Below are positions 52,801 to 64,000 of a DNA stretch of 64,000 nucleotides, one piece after another. Below the pieces are notes generated by a model. That model did not search any database. It was not told the origin of the DNA and saw nothing but the letters and a program-made list of their open reading frames with translations. The translations under genes were made by a program, and so were the position numbers. Position 1 is the first letter of the stretch. Every line of letters starts with the position of its first letter. The DNA comes from Callorhinchus milii. Lineage: Eukaryota. Location: NCBI RefSeq assembly GCF_018977255.1, contig NW_024704742.1:59584001-59648000 (forward strand), in the 5' to 3' direction.

Positions 52801-53875
52801 CCCAATAATTGGAATCTATGATATCCCAACCCATCTTGTAATGCAGCAGCTGGTTTCACTGTCTCCTCCGGCTCAGTTCCAGCGTGCCTGGCTGTTTCTG
52901 TATTAGAAGAAATTAGCCTGGTTTTCTGAGCACAGGTTAAATATTTTTCGTAAGTAAATTTTGGGGCGACATTCCAACCACAATATAAGTGAACCTGCCT
53001 TATAATCATGTATATTAAAATAGGGGTTTAATGTAATATATAAAAAACCTAGTGTGGCTTATTGTTGCAAGCACCAAAGTGTTATAATTGTAGAATGCCA
53101 ACATGTTTAGAGAAACGCAAGATTATATAAGGTTAAAGCTTTAACATTTACCAGAACACAGCGCAATGTTTTCATAAAGCAAAATGCTGGTGCAGCATGT
53201 ATGTATGTAAGAGTCCAGATAGAACAACACAGCAATAACCAGGGCCAGGATATTGATGCATTGCCCTTTTCCTCAGACCATAACTGCTTTGAGTTTCAAA
53301 TCACTTACTGAGAAGCTGATGAAAGTACAATTACAACAGTCTAACAATTCCTATTATTTTAACAGCTCCTGTAGGATTTTTCTTTTTCTAGGTTAATTAT
53401 CTTCATTACCTGTAGAAGATTAATAGGATTTTTATGCCTATGAAACACTGGAGGAAACTGAACTGCTTATTTCTCAAAATTGCACAAAAAAAAATTCACA
53501 TCATCGTAATCGTTTTCAACACCTCAATTGAATGTGGTTTTTTTTAATGTTAAAAACATTGAGGTTGCAATTTTAACCAATAATTGATTTAAAAAATCCT
53601 CGCTTTTGACATAATAACAATAAGCCTTACATTTAATACAGTACTATTCACTTAGTCAAGCTATCTCAAAATAAATGACCCGTTTTATTTGGGGGATCGG
53701 TGATCCTCCAAACTGTGTGTATTTGTAGGCAAACACGGCAGCCAATTTGTGGACAGCACTATTGCCATGAATGCTGGAATATACATCAGTAAAACATCTC
53801 TTACAATGTATTTGTCGCTCATTCCCAAATATATCTATTTGTTTATTCAAAAGTATTAATCAATTAACAAAAATC

Positions 53876-54189
53876 TAATAATAATAATCCATGCATTTGA
53901 TATCACCTTATTTCTCAACGTGACGTGAAAGGCGCTTCACAAATATAATTTGTTGTCTGTTGTTGTTATCACTTCTTTGAGATGTCTTACAGTATACACT
54001 ATAAAATGAAATGACTGCATATTTTGTGGACAAAATGCGACAGCCAGTTGCTCACAGCAGTGTCCCACAGACAGTCGTGAATTAAGTGACCAATTTTTTA
54101 AAATTATTATTTGGAAGGGATTATTACCCCTGGAAAATTGATTGGATTATCAACTGACAATTGGGATCCTATTTACTGATAGGTAAACA
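53876..54189 (-). mobile_element. 3' part of a long-form SINE split by an L2
   Basis: Reverse complement starts TGTTTACCTATCAGTAAATAGGATCCCAATTG, continuing the head at 56188-56297. Confidence 0.88.
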
Positions 54190-56190
54190 ACAACAACAAC
54201 CACAAGATTTCATTTATAGCGCGCCTTTCACTTCGGGAGGACGTCCCAACGTGCTGAACAGTTGGGTCGGGACTCGAGCAGGGGTAAATAGTCAGGGTGA
54301 GGGGAGGGAAGGGAGGGAGCGAGGAGAGGGTAGAGAGTTGAGATGGGAGCTGAAGGCACGGTCAAAGAGAAAGGTCTTGAGACCGGCCTTGAAGGAGGAA
54401 AGGGAGGAGGCGGCGAAGGCACTGGGGGATAGAGTTCCAGAACCTTGGGGCTGAGAGGCTGAAGGCCCGGCCACCGATGGTAGGGCGGTTGGGGCGGGGG
54501 ACGTGGAGCAGACCGGAGCCGGAGGAACTGAGGGTACGGGCAGGTAGGTAGGGGGATAGTAGGTCAGAGAGGTAGAAGGGAGCGAGGCCGTGAATGGCTT
54601 TGTAGGTGAGGATAAGGATCTTGAATTCGATCCTCTGGGGGATGGGGAGCCAGTGGAGGCGAGCGAGGGTGGGAGTGATGTGGTCGCGAAGCCTGGTGCG
54701 GGACAGTACACGAGCTGCAGAGTTCTGAATGACCTGCAGCTTGTGGAGGGAGGTGCCGGGAAGGCCGGCGAGGAGAGAGTTCCCATAGTCCAGCCTTGAG
54801 GTGATAAAGGCGTGGACCACAGTTTCAGCAGCGTGAGGGGTGAGGTAGTGCCACAGACTGGCGATGTTCCGGAGGTGATGGAAGGCGGTGCCAGTTGTGG
54901 CGCAGATATGAGGAAGAAAGGACAGCTCAGGGTCGAACAGAACCCCGAGGTTCCTGACGGCTTTGAGAGGTGGAGAGTGCAGCCTTGGATGCTGATGGTG
55001 TCGGCGCCTGAGGCGCTGACGTGAGCCAATCAGGAGGACCTCAGTTTTGCGCATGTTGAGCAGAAGAAAGTTGTGTCTCGTCCAGGACTCGATGTCAGAC
55101 AGACAGGCTGTCAGGACATCGGTGGTCGTGGAGTCCTGCAGCTCAGTGGTTAGAGCACTCGCTTTGCAAGCGAGAGACCTGAGTTCAATTCCAGGCAGGG
55201 CGAAACCTTGGGCAAGTTTCCTTACTCCACACGCCTAATAATAATCCCTCCAAAACCAAAAACAATAATAAATTGGTCATTTTCAATCTACGACTGTTTG
55301 TGGGACATTGCTGTGTGCAATTGGCTGCCGCGTTCGCCCACAAATATACAGTCAATTCACTTTACAGTGTGTTCTGTGAAGAGCTTTGGGACGTCCTCCT
55401 GACGTGAAAAGTGCTATATCAAATGCAAATTATTATTATTATTAATTGAGGGTAGAGGAGGAAAGGTAGAGTTGGGTGTCATCCGCATACATGTGGAAGT
55501 TAACCCCATGTCTGCGGATGATGTCACCAAAGGGGAGCATATAGAGGGTGAAGAGGAGGGGACCGAGGACAGAGCCCTGAGGGACACCGCAAGAGACAGT
55601 GCGGGGGTTGGAGGAAAAGCCGTTTGTGGAAACAAAATGAAGACAGTGGGAGAGGTACGACCTAAACCACTCAAGGACAGGGCCTTGAAGGTTGAGGTGG
55701 GAGACAAGCAGTGGAGGAGGATAGCGTGGTCGACCGTTTCGAATACTGCCGATAGGTCGAGGAGGACAAGGGAGCCTTGGTCGCAGATGGTCAAGATGTC
55801 ATTGGTGACCTTGACCAGGGCAATTTCTGTGCTATGGGCAGCATGGAAACCCGACTGAAGGGGTTCGAATAATGCATGAGTGGAGAGGAAAGAGCGCAGC
55901 TGGAAGGCGACAACTCTTTCAAGGACCTTGGACAGGAAGGGGAGGTTGGAGATCGGCCGGTAGCTTGATAGCTGCGACGCATCAAGGGAGGGTTTTTTCA
56001 AAGTGGGAGTGATGGTGGCAGTTTTTAGGGGAATGGGAACAGAGCCAGAGGAGAGGGACAGGTTGATGATGTCTGTGATAAGTGGGGCAAGGAGGTGGAG
56101 CTGAGAGATAAGGAGTGGAGCGGGGATGTGGTCAAGGGAGCAGGTGGTGGGTTTCAGGGACAGGATGAGTTTGGTGACAAAGGGTGGGGC
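54186..56190 (-). mobile_element. L2 LINE, 5'-truncated, CpG-rich, interrupted by a SINE
   Basis: SYRPISNLPFLSKVLE; LQSGF; VRNLGVLFDPELSF; SRLDYGNSLL; LHWLPIPQRIEFKIL; (GTT)n tail. Confidence 0.97.
55128..55444 (+). mobile_element. Full-length tRNA-Ala SINE, short form, nested in the L2
   Basis: Complete head to (ATT)n tail; L2 sequence is colinear on both sides. Confidence 0.96.
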
Positions 56191-56297
56191 GTTTGGAGTA
56201 ATAAAGCTTGCCGAAGTTTTCACCCTGCCCTAGAATTGAACCCAGGTCCTCACGCTTGGAAGGCAAGTGCTCTAACCAAAACGCTACAGGATTCCAC
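56188..56297 (-). mobile_element. tRNA head of the split long-form SINE
   Basis: Reverse complement GTGGAATCCTGTAGCG...GGTTCAATTC...CAGGGTGAAAACTTCGGCAAG. Confidence 0.88.
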
Positions 56298-56844
56298 AAA
56301 ATCAATGCCAACAAGAACACAGATAGTATGACTGTTTTTCCTTTCCCTAAGTGCGTACGTTTCAGGGTGTAAATTTCAAGTGGATAAGTCATAATGTGCA
56401 AAGTGTTCATCTGCCGTTATTTCTATTGGCTTCAGATGATTGGCTTCGCTTACTAAAATGTGGCCTTCTGATTCATCAGGTTGATGCTAAAGTGATTTGT
56501 GCATGTTTGCTACATTCAAGAAGGCTACTAACATACTGTGTGATGCGCATGTGTGTTATATGCAGGAAGGGCATTTTGAAGTGACATCAGCAAACAGCAA
56601 GCATGCATGGAAGCTACAGGAAATAATATCAATGGTGACCTGAGTATCCTTAAACCAGACATTTGTAGTTACTTGCTTATAATGTACTTGCCTGAGTCTA
56701 TCCCCTCATGTCCAACTGCCTCGGCATATCCAGGCTTGATTTTTTAACTCCCTTCATGGGGGAAGTTTGTGCCATTTCATAAGGTGCAAATTATGATACA
56801 GGCAAATAGCAGTTACTTCCAGGTCATGTCGATTTTTGAAATCA

Positions 56845-57180
56845 TAGTCTAGCTTGACATTTCAATGCAATAATGATGGAGTGCTGTATTGTTGAGGGAG
56901 TGCTGTCTTTCTGATGAGTTAAACTGAGCACATTTACCTGTTTTCAAGTTGACACTGAAGACCCCATGACACTTATTCAAAATGAAAAAATTACTGTCTG
57001 CTGGTATCCTGGCCGACAATCCTCCAGATGAATTCACCATTCACATTATGGCTGTTTGTATGGTCATGTTCAACAAACAACTGCCTTGTTTGCTTGCAAA
57101 AGCAGTCACTGTACTTGACAGTAATTACTGTGAAGAGCTTTCCGACATTTGATGTGATGAGGCACTATGCAAATTAAGAT
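56845..57180 (+). mobile_element. Deu-domain SINE, headless
   Basis: Decayed core and tail. Confidence 0.75.
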
Positions 57181-57564
57181 TGAACGGCCTGCATTATTAT
57201 ACTGAGTGACGTTTCAAGCAGGAAACAATCACATACTATTCCCAACACAAGAACTATCTGTTTTGAGCCATTTGCTTAAGGCCCTCTCATATACCAGTAG
57301 GTAGTGTACAAATTGATCTCTGGTTGTACTGCCCTCTGATGTTTTCTCTATCCCCTGGAGAGAAGCATAGTCTATCCATTTGTAATCTCAGTTGTTGGCT
57401 ACTCTTTTAGCACTGGACCATTAATCCACTACATCAGTACGGCACTCCTTTTCTTCTGTGTAATTTCCATTGACCTGAACCTACATTTATTTCTAAATTA
57501 GGTCATATCAAAAATGAGTGGTGATGCTATGCGCAGTCTCCTCTAACACTTAAATGTGGTGTTA

Positions 57565-57938
57565 GAGGAGGTGCCAGTCTTCAGATGAAACTTTAAACTG
57601 AAATCTCACCTATCTGTTCAGGTGGACAATTATGGCAGTATTCATAAAGAGAAGGGAGTTTCTCCCAGTGTCCTGGCAAACAGTCCTCCAGGTAAAATTG
57701 AAAAGTCCTCTCGCTTCTGCTTGTGGGACATTTCTGTGCAAAAATTGACTGCCTATTTGCTTAAAAATACAGTCACAATACTTCACAGTAAAATTTGGTG
57801 AAGGTGCTTTGAGATGTCTTGATGATGTGATCAGGTGCTATATCGCCCACAAAATACACAGTCACCACGCTTTATAGTATGTTCTGTGTCAAGGTGTCTG
57901 ATAAGGCATTATATCAAATGCAAGGATTATTTTTATTA
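57565..57938 (+). mobile_element. Deu-domain SINE with doubled 3' region
   Basis: Core GGAGGTGCCAGTCTTCAGATGAAAC; 3' segment repeated from 57845. Confidence 0.82.
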
Positions 57939-58244
57939 TGGCAAATATTAGCATCAGAGTATCACTGTACAATCCTTCCAGAACAGTCAACATCATACAT
58001 TGCGCACCCATTTACACCTATGAAACTATGTTGATGCTTAAGTGTTCAACAATTCTAAATACCTTGCATTTCTGAACCAGAACAAATGATTGATACTACC
58101 AATGATCAGTAAATGGCAACTCTGCAATCCTAACAAAAAATTGCTCCAGGTGTTTTAACAAATCTAAAATAGCTGTGACTTGAAAACTTTCAGCACTACA
58201 TCAGAAATGAAGGTCGCTGGTTTACTTTCCATTTTATTACATTC

Positions 58245-59075
58245 CCCCTGGATGAGCTCTAACTTTCTACGTCTAAATGTTAATAAAACCAAGGCTCTTC
58301 TGCTTGGCTCCCATCAGCGCTTTCTGATGTCAGTTTCCAACATATCAACCCGCATGGATGCTCATTCCATCTCATAGAACCTTGATTGGATCTTGGTGCT
58401 TGTTCAACCCTCAACTGTGCTTCAGAACGTATACCATGACTCTCACTCGCTTGGCTTTCCCACACTTTATCATCACCTGCCTCTGCTATTCCTTCTCCTT
58501 CCACCCACCCGCCTGGCAGCCCAGAAGCTCATCCACACTTTCATTACATCTGGATTCAATTATCACAATGTCTTCTTCACAGGACATTCACTACTCCCCA
58601 TACAAGACTCAGAATTATGCCACCTCTTTTCTCTCCTACACAATTCTCCGCAAACCCATCACTCCCTATTCTCACTTGATTCTACCAGCTCCCGATCTCC
58701 GAGTGGATCAAATTCAAGATTTTCAATCTCACTTACAAAATCCTTCCCCAACTTCATCCCACCCTATCTTTGTGACCTTTTATTCCCAGTTCCTCCCTCC
58801 GCTCAGCAAACACTGGCCTCCATGTTTCCAATCCATCTGACCTTTGGAGGAGAGCTTTCAACCATTCTGCCCCTGCTCTCTGGAACTCCATACCAGCTTC
58901 ACTCCACATAATTAAAACTCACATTAATACCTTTTTTTTTTGACTGCCTTTGGCCACCTTCCTTCCAGCTCATCTCCTCCCCTTCCCTCGTTAGCTCAGG
59001 CTCCCGGTCAGCTGTGTGAAGTGGATTGAGACATCCTCCTGATGTGAAAAGTGTTGCGTAAACATAAGTTGTGTG
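58245..59075 (+). mobile_element. L2 3' portion, decayed
   Basis: WMSSNFLRLNVNKTKALLLGS; tail CATCCTCCTGATGTGAAA. Confidence 0.88.
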
Positions 59076-61489
59076 TGAAAACCTGAGGTCCTTGAGTGAA
59101 ATCTTTGACATATGCATCCTCCGATAGTATAAAATGGAAATTGGTAGTAATTACTATTACCACAGTCTTCATGTATTCTTAACAGTCATTTTGCAGAAAG
59201 AAAATTATACATGTACAGGCTATTGGTATACAATTCATATTCTGGAAAATTGGCATTGTCAGAGACTCATAGATGTCCTGAACAATAGTACTCATCTAAT
59301 ACTTATAAGATATTGCTGATACAGTTGCTTTGCATGCGAATGGCAAAATATATCAATGTCAAAACTGAGCAGAGATGCTAAGAAGCATCACTCCTGTGTA
59401 ACAACCTGCACAATACATACACATCTTTCCTGCATGGGTTCTCTCTCACCCATCTTCTGCAGACAGAAGTTCAAATAAACCAAAGAGAGATATGAAAACA
59501 TTGCAAAAGTGGTATCAATAAACTCTCAATCTGACATATACAGGAGTGTTTTTAATGCATAATTGCCCGATGATGTTTAGAAAACACTACTTCTACCTCT
59601 TTCTATGCGGTTCCATTTTCTCACTTTCTCTTTTCCCGAACCTTATTTCTGCTTTGTTTCAGCTCTATATTTGACTTTGCATTCTCACTCACTTTCCATC
59701 CCATTTCTATCCAACAATGTGAATTTAAACCACATTGTTCCTTTAAAGATGTCAAACCAATTATCTAATTACACCAACATTTCTGAATCAAAGTTAACGG
59801 GCATCTCAAGAGAAGGGCACATCAGCAAGAATGGAGCATAAAGAATTATGGACAAAACAAACTGCAACACAAATCCTATCAATGAAAAATAATATCAAGA
59901 TAATTCACAAAACAATATTCCCAATCTCCTTTCGAGCTAAAACTACAGACATCCACAAACATATTTGCAGAAATTTCTATGGCTAACATTCTTCCATGAT
60001 CCATTCAAATACCATAAACTCTGTGACAAATACTCATCGCTGTCAAGGACAACTGCAAGATTCTGACAAATGTCAGCTTCACATTTTGAGGTGTATTCTC
60101 AAGAAAAGTCTCTATGGGCGTTGTATACAGAAAGAAATACCCTGACAGTTCCAGAACACAGCAAAAGCAGAGGAGGAATTTTGCAAATTACAAATATATG
60201 TAACCAAAGATCAAAAACAGTGTCCAAGGATTATACAATATCACTTCTAGAGAACAGAGGAAGTCTATCAAGCTTCCCGCTGCTTGTCCAGCAAGGATCA
60301 CCCTACCTGTTAGGGGTTTGGGTTGCAGAGTTAACATGAGCTGAGTCGGTAGAATCTCTGACCCCATACACTGTATTGACCAAAAATGCAAATAACATGC
60401 ATGAAAAGAAAAAACAAAACAGAGAAAGTATAAAAGCGATGATAAAGTTTTCTTTCTATGGACTTAAATGAAAACTGCCGAGATATAATTGCCACAAAAT
60501 CAAAATTACCTTCATCAATATTGCTGAGAAAAGAATTCCAAAGAGATGCACTAAGGATTTTCTACCTGAATAAAGGGAAGAAAAAGGCAACAACCTTGTC
60601 TGCTCCAACAGTTAGCAGAAGAAAGAGTCTCCGCACCGGATCCTTTCCGACTCAGCAGTACTGCACAATGCTGAAGACTTTCCACCGCATGAGACATTAT
60701 CATTTTCATTATGTCCCCTGCATGCTGCCTGTCATTTATCTTTCCTCCAGTTATTTACTCGCTAATGGCTCCGACTGATGCAAGCCTCTCCTCCTGAAGA
60801 AGTAATAAGTAAGTTTTAAAACAGACAAATTGCAATTTAAAGGTATCTGAAGGAAGCATGCAGATATCTGAATCAAAGGATGAGGTGACATTTGATTTAT
60901 ACGCAGATGATCAAACATTCAACAAATTCCCCTTTTGCGTATTTGAAAAAAAATGCTAGGAGTAACTGTGCATATTGTGTATCTAGGGATCATGGTGGCT
61001 CATACCTTTCATCAATTATGGAGATTATTGTCAGCTGAACAAGGGCTCAGGTAAAGCAAAGAATAAATGGGAGTTCAGATTCTCAATTAAAGCACAGGAG
61101 GTGACCAGCTTGATTATATCAAGTTCAACGCCACTTGGCATTTTGCTATCATTGCTTTTATCTGTCACAGCAATGAATCTACCTCCACTGATAACACAGT
61201 TTAAAAATTAAAAAATCCCATTATTATCGCTGTTCAGTACAAATGATATTATGAGTGGCACTACAGAGATAAAAGATTACACAGACAAGATCAGTGTCAT
61301 TTTATTAAGCAACAGTGGAAAAGCTCATGAATATTTTTATTACATGCTCACATTGACCCTACGAGGACTTCGATAGCATCTGTGCATCAAAATGATAAAA
61401 GGCGAATTAGTGTTCAAGTGTTTAACCCTTTCCCTGCCCAGGAGAGTACAAAGAATTTCAACAAGGAAAATAAGAATACAGTTGTAGAT

Positions 61490-62190
61490 TGGAATAAAAC
61501 ATTGTAGCTTACAAGGGTAGGAGGGTGGGCGAAGGCACAGTTGAAGAAGAGGGTATTGAGATTGAGGCATGCCTTGAAGGAGGCAAGGGAGGGAGAGCGG
61601 CAAAAGGACTGTGGTATGGCCCGACTGCTGATGGTGGGGCAGGCCAGGCAGGGGACATGGAGCAGATCGGAGCCTGATGAGCGGAGGGAGTGGACAGGTT
61701 GTTAAGGTGTTAGCAAGTCAGAGAGATAGGAGGGGGCAATGCCATGAAGGGCCTTGAAGGTGAGTGTAAGCCTGATTTACACTACAGCTGTAACAATTTG
61801 ATTCCTAAACTACGTACAGTTACTTTAAGGAGCAAGGATTTAAATTGAATCAATGCCACTAACAACTAATTTATACAATATTTCCAGTTTGCACTCAACA
61901 CTTTAGCGATAGCTTGAATTGACTGTAAATAGTGGGAGTTCCAGAGGTTAGGGGACTATTGGCTGAAGGCACGGCCACTGATGGTGATGTGGAGGGGTTG
62001 GGGATGCAGATGAACATATGGGTACAAGAAGGTGGTGCAATGGCATGAAAGGATTTCTATGTGAGAGTGAAGAGTTGAAGTCGATCCTTTCAGAGACAGG
62101 GAGTCAGTGGAACCTGGCGAGGATTGGGGCATTGGGTGTGCAGAGTTTGGTACTGGTGAGAACGCAGGTGGCGGAGTTTTGGATGAGATA
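61490..62190 (-). mobile_element. Two decayed L2 3' fragments (about 61490-61770 and 61930-62190)
   Basis: Purine-rich matches to the other minus-strand L2 ends (GGCTGAAGGC...TGATGGTG, GCCATGAAGGGCCTTGAAGGTGAG). Confidence 0.72.
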
Positions 62191-62679
62191 GTTCAATATT
62201 CTAGCCTTTGCTTTGTATATTTAACTTTGCTGCACTTCCCGTTCACTGCAACAAACTTATTTTTTCAATTACGCTGTCAGGCCAGATCACAACAACTGCA
62301 CTGAAAGCATTTGCCCAGCTGCCAACATGATGGGATTGAAGCAGAATTGTCCCTTGATGTTCTGGGGAATCTGCCTGAAAACTCCCCCAAGGACGTGACA
62401 GCAGGTGGTAACAGCACTCCTTGTATTTCACACATTCCATTTGCTTTTTTTGCATTTGGCTTTAATTTACACAGCTTCCAAGTGTCAGCAAACAGCATAA
62501 GTGCTTCCAAAAAAATGCATTCTATCTCAATTCCTGACAGTGCAGTTAACAAAAGAAACAGATTTGAAGTACCTCAGACATATCCTCTTAGAACTGTCCC
62601 TAACTCAGTAAATGCCACCAGAATTCAAATGTATACTTAGTGGATCAGGGCTCATCCTGTTGGGGAATGAGCAGGTTTC

Positions 62680-62931
62680 GGCAGGGTGAAATCTTGGGCA
62701 AGTTTCCTTACTCCACACACCTAATAATAATCCTTCAAGAAAAAAAAAACAATAATAAATTGGTCACTTCAATGCATGACTGTTTGTAGGGCACTGCTTT
62801 TCGCAATTTGGCTGCCGCATTTCGCCCACAAATATACAGTCAATTCACTTTACAGTATATTCTGTGAAGCACTTTGAGATGTCTAGACGACGTGAAAAGC
62901 GCTATCTCAAATGCAAGTATTATTATTATTA
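62680..62931 (+). mobile_element. tRNA-Ala SINE, 5'-truncated, short body with old tail loop
   Basis: Lacks the 63-nt segment, but the tail loop is TAGAC. Confidence 0.9.
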
Positions 62932-63077
62932 GAGAAGGGGTGAAAGTTAGATTTGTTCTGAGTTGTGACATCGTCAACTTCATAAGAGTTGAGTCTGAAC
63001 TGTTCTGAGATTCTCATTATACTTTCGGCCAATGGAGTGTGCCAAATGGAGTGTCAATTTGTTAATACCAACCTAAG

Positions 63078-63370
63078 AATAATCCTTGCATTTGATACAG
63101 CACCTTCTCATGTCATCAAGGTGTTTCAAAGAAATTCACAGCATTTATTGCAAAGTGCAATAACTGTACATTTTGTAACTGAATATGGTAGATAATTTAT
63201 GCACAGCAATGTCCCACAAACAGCCACAAAGTGAATCACCAATTTTATTTGGAGAATTTTTGGCCAAGACACCAGGGAAAAACTCCCTTCTTTTTTCAAA
63301 TAGTGCCATGGGATCTTTAACGTCTTTAACGAATAGCCAGAGGAGATCTCAGTCTAACATTTCATCTGAA
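63078..63370 (-). mobile_element. Deu-domain SINE, headless
   Basis: ATAGTGCCATGGGATCTTTAACGTC core and tail in reverse complement. Confidence 0.82.
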
Positions 63371-63467
63371 GGATTTTTTTTTTGGTCAGCCAGGTGTCTG
63401 GCACATGCAGAAACCCATCATCATGCTTAAGAGTATCGAAACCAAACTGAGGATTCCATGCATCCTT

Positions 63468-63894
63468 GTGGAGTGCTGTTGCTTAGTGATCAGAGCACTC
63501 ATCTCGCAAGCGAGAGACCTGAGTTTTATTCCCCGCAGTGCAAAACGTTGGGCAAGTTGCCTTACTCCACACTCCTCTGTTTACCTTGTAGTAAGCAGGA
63601 ACCCGGTTGTTAGTTGGTTGGTGGATCGATTTTCCAGGGATAATAATCCTTCAAAAAAACAATAATAACTTGGTCACTCAATCCACGACTGCTTGTGGAA
63701 CACTGTTGTGTGCAATTGGCTGCCGTGTTTCGCCCACAAAATACAGTCAATTCACTTTACAGTATATTCTGTGATACGTTTTGAAACTTGGGATGCCCTC
63801 CTGACGTGAAAGGCGCTTTACAAATGTAATTTTGTTATTGTTGTTGTCTAGAAAACGTGAAAAGCACTATATCAAATGCAAGGATTATTATTAT
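63468..63894 (+). mobile_element. Full-length long-form tRNA-Ala SINE with an L2 tail inserted in its own tail
   Basis: Head, extra segment and 3' half present; insert at 63788-63845. Confidence 0.92.
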
Positions 63895-64000
63895 CCCATG
63901 GAAATCTCAGAGAGAGAGACAGATTGTTGGAATGGAATGCGCATTATCTCCCTGGAGGGACGCATCCTGCGTATCTAACTGTTGAAAGTATTAGACACGG

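Noticed and set aside
54292..56223. Longest ORFs (230-269 aa) as genes
   Set aside because: Frameshifted L2 ORF2 fragments and their off-frame shadows; 5'-truncated and interrupted by a SINE.
56188..56297. tRNA-head/L2 chimeric retrogene made by template switching
   Set aside because: The rest of the SINE lies beyond the L2 tail (53876-54189), so simple nested insertion explains it.
57327..57345. Second CTCF-like site (reverse complement ACATCAGAGGGCAGTA)
   Set aside because: Lacks the conserved CC at the start of the core.
1..64000. LINE strand bias as a sign of host-gene orientation
   Set aside because: About 8 plus versus 12 minus L2 fragments; not informative.

Overview
Vertebrate genomic DNA: AT-rich, transposon-dense, intronic or intergenic. 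The repeat content suggests a cartilaginous fish, possibly a chimaera; this is an inference, not a database result. I cannot support any host protein-coding gene. Every recognisable ORF is a decayed piece of L2- or CR1-clade LINE ORF2, or an artefact of SINE (ATT)n tails. Contents: about 20 L2 fragments; several CR1 3' ends; a tRNA-Ala-headed SINE in an older long form and a younger short form; an older Deu-domain SINE sharing the same 3' half; one Penelope-like terminal fragment with a degenerate minimal hammerhead ribozyme; an unclassified fold-back repeat; one good CTCF motif; and TE-poor stretches that may be enhancers. The most interesting signal is the SINE/L2 partnership. The SINE is modular, and its 3' stem-loop keeps the stem but switches loop to match the local L2. 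The window also has repeated tail-into-tail insertions and a three-layer nest that orders the subfamilies in time. I found no demonstrable new protein-coding system. Boundaries of old repeats are approximate and were read by eye.
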